DNA from: Halopseudomonas sp.
GTDB lineage: Bacteria > Pseudomonadota > Gammaproteobacteria > Pseudomonadales > Balneatricaceae
Direction: 5' to 3'
DNA length: 64,000 bases
NCBI GenBank assembly: GCA_036960405.1
Contig: JBALWS010000005.1
Span: 10,137-74,136 of the forward strand
The translations under genes were made by a program, and so were the position numbers. The number at the start of each line of letters is the position of its first letter. The first letter of the stretch is position 1. Shown piece by piece: positions 60,754 through 64,000 of the stretch. The notes under the pieces are model-generated. The model had not been told where the DNA came from, ran no database searches, and saw nothing but the letters and a program-made list of their open reading frames with translations.

Positions 60754-62649
60754 ATGAGTTTTCCCATCAAAATCGCCGCCATCTACACCCTGTTTTCGGT
60801 CCTCTGGATCACCCTTTCCGATCAACTCATCGAAACGCTGTTTGCAGCCAGCATTGCGGATATCCTGCCGCACAAAGGCTGGGCTTTTATGTTCTTCTCC
60901 AGCGTGCTAATCCTGGTATTGCTAAGCCGTGAACTGAAGCACCGTAACCTACAAGAAGCCAAACTCGAAAGCAGCCGTAAACACCTGACTAACTTGTCGC
61001 AGGCGATGGCCCAGAGCCCGGTCTCGATCATAATCACCGATATCAGCGGCGATATTGAGTATGTAAACCAGGCCTTTGAGAAAATCACCGGCTATAGCCA
61101 TGATGAAGTCGTGGGGCAAAACCCGCGCATTCTGCGCTCCAGCAAAACCCCGACTACGACCTACCAAGAGCTATGGGACACCCTTGCCAGCGGCGAATCC
61201 TGGGAAGGCGAGCTGATGAATCAGCGCAAAGATAAAAGCTCATATTGGATTCAAGCAGGTATTTCGCCGGTAAGAGACGATGACGGTGAGATCACCCACT
61301 TCCTCGCTATCCAAGAAGATATCACGCTACGTAAAGCGCAAGAGCGGCAGATAAAACATCAAGCCAACTACGATAACCTGACCGAGTTGCCCAACCGCTT
61401 CTTGGCGATGGATCGAATGAGCCAAGCAATAAACTCGGCCATTCGCCATGACCAAACCGTGATCGTGATGTTTATCGATCTGGATAATTTCAGACAGATC
61501 AACACCACCCTTGGCCAAGAGATTGGTGACCAATTAATCTCACGCGCAGCCTCAAGAATTCGAGAAACCGTACGCCAGACCGACACCGTGGCCCGCTATG
61601 GCGGCGACGAGTTCCTGGTGATCCTAAGCGATCTAGACAGCACCGACGATGCCAGCCGCGTAGCAGAAAAAGTGCTAACCATGCTGGCCAAGCCGTTCAA
61701 CGTTGATGGCAACGAGCTCACCATCACAGCCAGTATAGGCATATCGCTGTTCCCCGACGATGGCCAAGACCCCTACGAGCTACTTCGCCAAGCCGATTCG
61801 GCCATGTTTGGTGCCAAAGACGACGGCGGCAATCGTTACGAATTCTATTCCGCCACTCTCAACAGTGCTTCAATCGAGCGGATGCAGATCGAACAAAAGC
61901 TCCGCCAAGCGTTAGAAAACAACGAATTCAGCTTGCAATACCAGCCACTTATCGATGTGAAAAGCGGCAAAATAACCTCTGTCGAAGCGCTATTGCGCTG
62001 GGACAACCCCGACCTGGGCAGCATCGCTCCCGGCCAGTTTATTCCACTCGCCGAAGCGACAGGATTGATCGTACCGATTGGCGAATGGGTGGTTCGCTCT
62101 GCCCTCGCCCAGTTCAAAGCGTGGCGTGATGCAGGCCTGTGCGACATTACCCTGGCGCTTAACGTATCACCACGACAGTTCGACAGCCCCAGTCTGACCC
62201 GCACTATTGGTCAGACGCTCGAACAGCTTGATCTACCTGCCAGCCAACTCGAACTGGATATCACTGAGAAGCTGCTCACTCACAACTCCAGTGATACGGC
62301 CAAATACCTGCAACAGCTGCACACGATGGGTGTTTGTATCACGTTGGACAATTTTGGTACCGGCGAGTCTTCACTCAACCGCTTGAAACACTTCCCTCTG
62401 ACCACTCTCAAAATTGATCGGACGGTCATCACCGAAATTCTGACACAACCCCAAAGCCAAGCACTGGTTAAAGCAATCTTAATCATGACCGAGGGGCTGG
62501 GGTTAACTACTATTGCCGAAGGGGTTGAGACCGAAGAGCAATTGGAGTTCTTACGCCAGCAAGGGCTCAGCATCGCCCAAGGCTTTCACTACTCTTCGCC
62601 ACTCTCGCCTGCTGAATTCGAAACGTTTTATCACACGCGAAACAAGTAG
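60754..62649 (+). CDS. Membrane-anchored PAS-GGDEF-EAL protein
   Basis: Two TMs, PAS, YDNLTELPNR, GGDEF, VEALLRW, EGVE; substitutions in EAL motifs. Confidence 0.93.
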   Translation: MSFPIKIAAIYTLFSVLWITLSDQLIETLFAASIADILPHKGWAFMFFSSVLILVLLSRELKHRNLQEAKLESSRKHLTNLSQAMAQSPVSIIITDISGDIEYVNQAFEKITGYSHDEVVGQNPRILRSSKTPTTTYQELWDTLASGESWEGELMNQRKDKSSYWIQAGISPVRDDDGEITHFLAIQEDITLRKAQERQIKHQANYDNLTELPNRFLAMDRMSQAINSAIRHDQTVIVMFIDLDNFRQINTTLGQEIGDQLISRAASRIRETVRQTDTVARYGGDEFLVILSDLDSTDDASRVAEKVLTMLAKPFNVDGNELTITASIGISLFPDDGQDPYELLRQADSAMFGAKDDGGNRYEFYSATLNSASIERMQIEQKLRQALENNEFSLQYQPLIDVKSGKITSVEALLRWDNPDLGSIAPGQFIPLAEATGLIVPIGEWVVRSALAQFKAWRDAGLCDITLALNVSPRQFDSPSLTRTIGQTLEQLDLPASQLELDITEKLLTHNSSDTAKYLQQLHTMGVCITLDNFGTGESSLNRLKHFPLTTLKIDRTVITEILTQPQSQALVKAILIMTEGLGLTTIAEGVETEEQLEFLRQQGLSIAQGFHYSSPLSPAEFETFYHTRNK

Positions 62650-62754
62650 AGCATCTATAACGGGCCAACCACGGGGCTACACCTAGCCCCTCGTTACCGA
62701 ATATAATTGTTTATCACCGACTCTACTTAGCCATCACAATCAGGGATAGTTATT

Positions 62755-63522
62755 ATGATGGAACTGCTAACACTATTATTGATAAGCGCGCTTGCAGCAG
62801 GCTGCGGTTATCTAGGCGGGCGCTGGTACGCAGCCTACAAACAGGCCAAGCTTCAAGCCAGGCTGGAAAGCGACACCGCAAACTTCCTGGCCATGCTGGA
62901 AGAGCGCAATCAAGATTACGTTAATCAAAAGCAGCAAATCGACAAAGCCCGCGTTCAAAGCAATGACACACAGCTCGAACTCAATCGCGCTCTAGTCAAC
63001 ATCGAACAGGAACAAGAAACCAATAGTCAACTGCAGCTACAGATCGACGAGTTCAACGAGAAACAACTGCGAATGCGCGAGCGTTACAGTGAAATGGAGA
63101 CAGAGCGCGCCCTGTACCGTGACGCCAAGTTAACCTTGGAAGCTGAAGCGAAGAAATCACAGGAACGTGACCGCGATCTCAGCACCCGCAACGAGCGGCT
63201 GGAAGAGAGATTTAACAGCACCCTGATCGACAAAACTCGCCTGCAAACCGACATGGTAGCCAAAGAGCGCGAACTGCAAGATCTGCGCAAACGCTTGATC
63301 AAGCAAGAAGACCTGAACGAATCTGCCGAGCTAACGCTGGCCCAGATGCGCAGTAAACGCGAAGAGATGACCCAACAACTGGCTCATGCCGAAGGGCAAC
63401 TATCGGTCATCACCAAGCTGAAACAAACGCTAAAAGCGCCGCAGCAGCAAGCGGAGCAACAACAAAGTCAGCAACAACTCAAACAAGATTTTATCGAGCT
63501 GACGGATAAGCTCTCAGGGTAA
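62755..63522 (+). CDS. Membrane-anchored long coiled-coil protein
   Basis: N-terminal TM then about 220 aa of Q/E/L/K heptads. Confidence 0.75.
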   Translation: MMELLTLLLISALAAGCGYLGGRWYAAYKQAKLQARLESDTANFLAMLEERNQDYVNQKQQIDKARVQSNDTQLELNRALVNIEQEQETNSQLQLQIDEFNEKQLRMRERYSEMETERALYRDAKLTLEAEAKKSQERDRDLSTRNERLEERFNSTLIDKTRLQTDMVAKERELQDLRKRLIKQEDLNESAELTLAQMRSKREEMTQQLAHAEGQLSVITKLKQTLKAPQQQAEQQQSQQQLKQDFIELTDKLSG

Positions 63523-63546
63523 ACAGTCACCGACGGCGCTATCCTA

Positions 63547-63573
63547 GATGGGGAGTCAGTATGACTCCCCATC
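63547..63573. terminator. Perfect 12-bp hairpin after the coiled-coil gene
   Basis: GATGGGGAGTCA-GTA-TGACTCCCCATC. Confidence 0.7.
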
Positions 63574-63635
63574 ACAACAAAGCACCACCCGCACCGTCGT
63601 GATGACACCACTCCAGCCCTTCTCATCGAGCTACT

Positions 63636-64000
63636 ATGGATATCACCACCTACCTCAATGCGATCACGGCGCTGTTCGTAATCATCGATCCGATCGGCGC
63701 TGCGCTGATTTTTCACTCGCTGGTACCGATCAGCGATACCCGGCACCGAGTACTGATGGCGCTCAAAGCGGTACTGATATCGACGCTATTGCTGGTAATC
63801 TTCGGTAACTATGGCGAGCCTCTGCTGGGCAAGCTTGGCATCAGCATCGACGCGCTGAGGATTTCAGGAGGGTTGCTGCTGTTTTATACCGCCTTCAACA
63901 TGATCACCCGCGATATCGAATACAGCCAATCCACCGAACGCAAAGATATTTCGGTGTTTCCGATGTCGATCCCGATGCTCGCAGGACCGGGTTCGCTAAC
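63636..64000 (+). CDS. MarC family protein, 3'-truncated by window edge (absent from ORF track)
   Basis: My translation: MDITTYLNAITALFVIIDPIG...GISIDALRISGGLLLF...ISVFPMSIPMLAGPGS. Confidence 0.9.
   Translation, partial: MDITTYLNAITALFVIIDPIGAALIFHSLVPISDTRHRVLMALKAVLISTLLLVIFGNYGEPLLGKLGISIDALRISGGLLLFYTAFNMITRDIEYSQSTERKDISVFPMSIPMLAGPGSL

Overview
Gene-dense 64 kb chromosomal segment of a gammaproteobacterium (gene set resembles marine Oceanospirillales-type organisms; taxon is inference only). I found no tRNA, rRNA, CRISPR array, transposase or integrase. Contents in order: 3' end of a glycine-cleavage operon (Ala/Gly symporter, gcvT, lipA, divergent SoxG-like ORF); small housekeeping genes (ppnP, slyD, thioesterases, DGC); two tandem phasin genes, each with its own TTGACA/TATAGT promoter and TGC-N3-GCA boxes; a pdxJ + radical SAM pair; isovaleryl-CoA dehydrogenase; a truncated haemoglobin overlapping a PAS/coiled-coil class III cyclase; scoAB; a Hanks-type kinase directly behind the branched-chain keto-acid dehydrogenase operon; CitAB-type two-component system + tctCBA; MCP; ppx; a cytochrome c NO reductase cluster (norC-norB-norD-norQ-norE-norF + cupin) divergent from a sigma54-dependent NorR; a polyphosphate/phosphate cluster (ppk1, CHAD, sixA, Na/Pi cotransporter); yidD; an SLC5-STAC protein with no output domain; a CDGSH protein; cysK; PAS-GGDEF-EAL; and a partial MarC gene. 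Best candidates for undescribed systems: the globin-cyclase pair, the NorR/sigma54-driven cNOR islet (Cys-rich NorB tail, upstream ORF), the kinase-BCKDH linkage with a shared palindrome, pdxJ-radical SAM, and the output-less SLC5-STAC protein. All assignments come from motif recognition by eye; no database searches were run.
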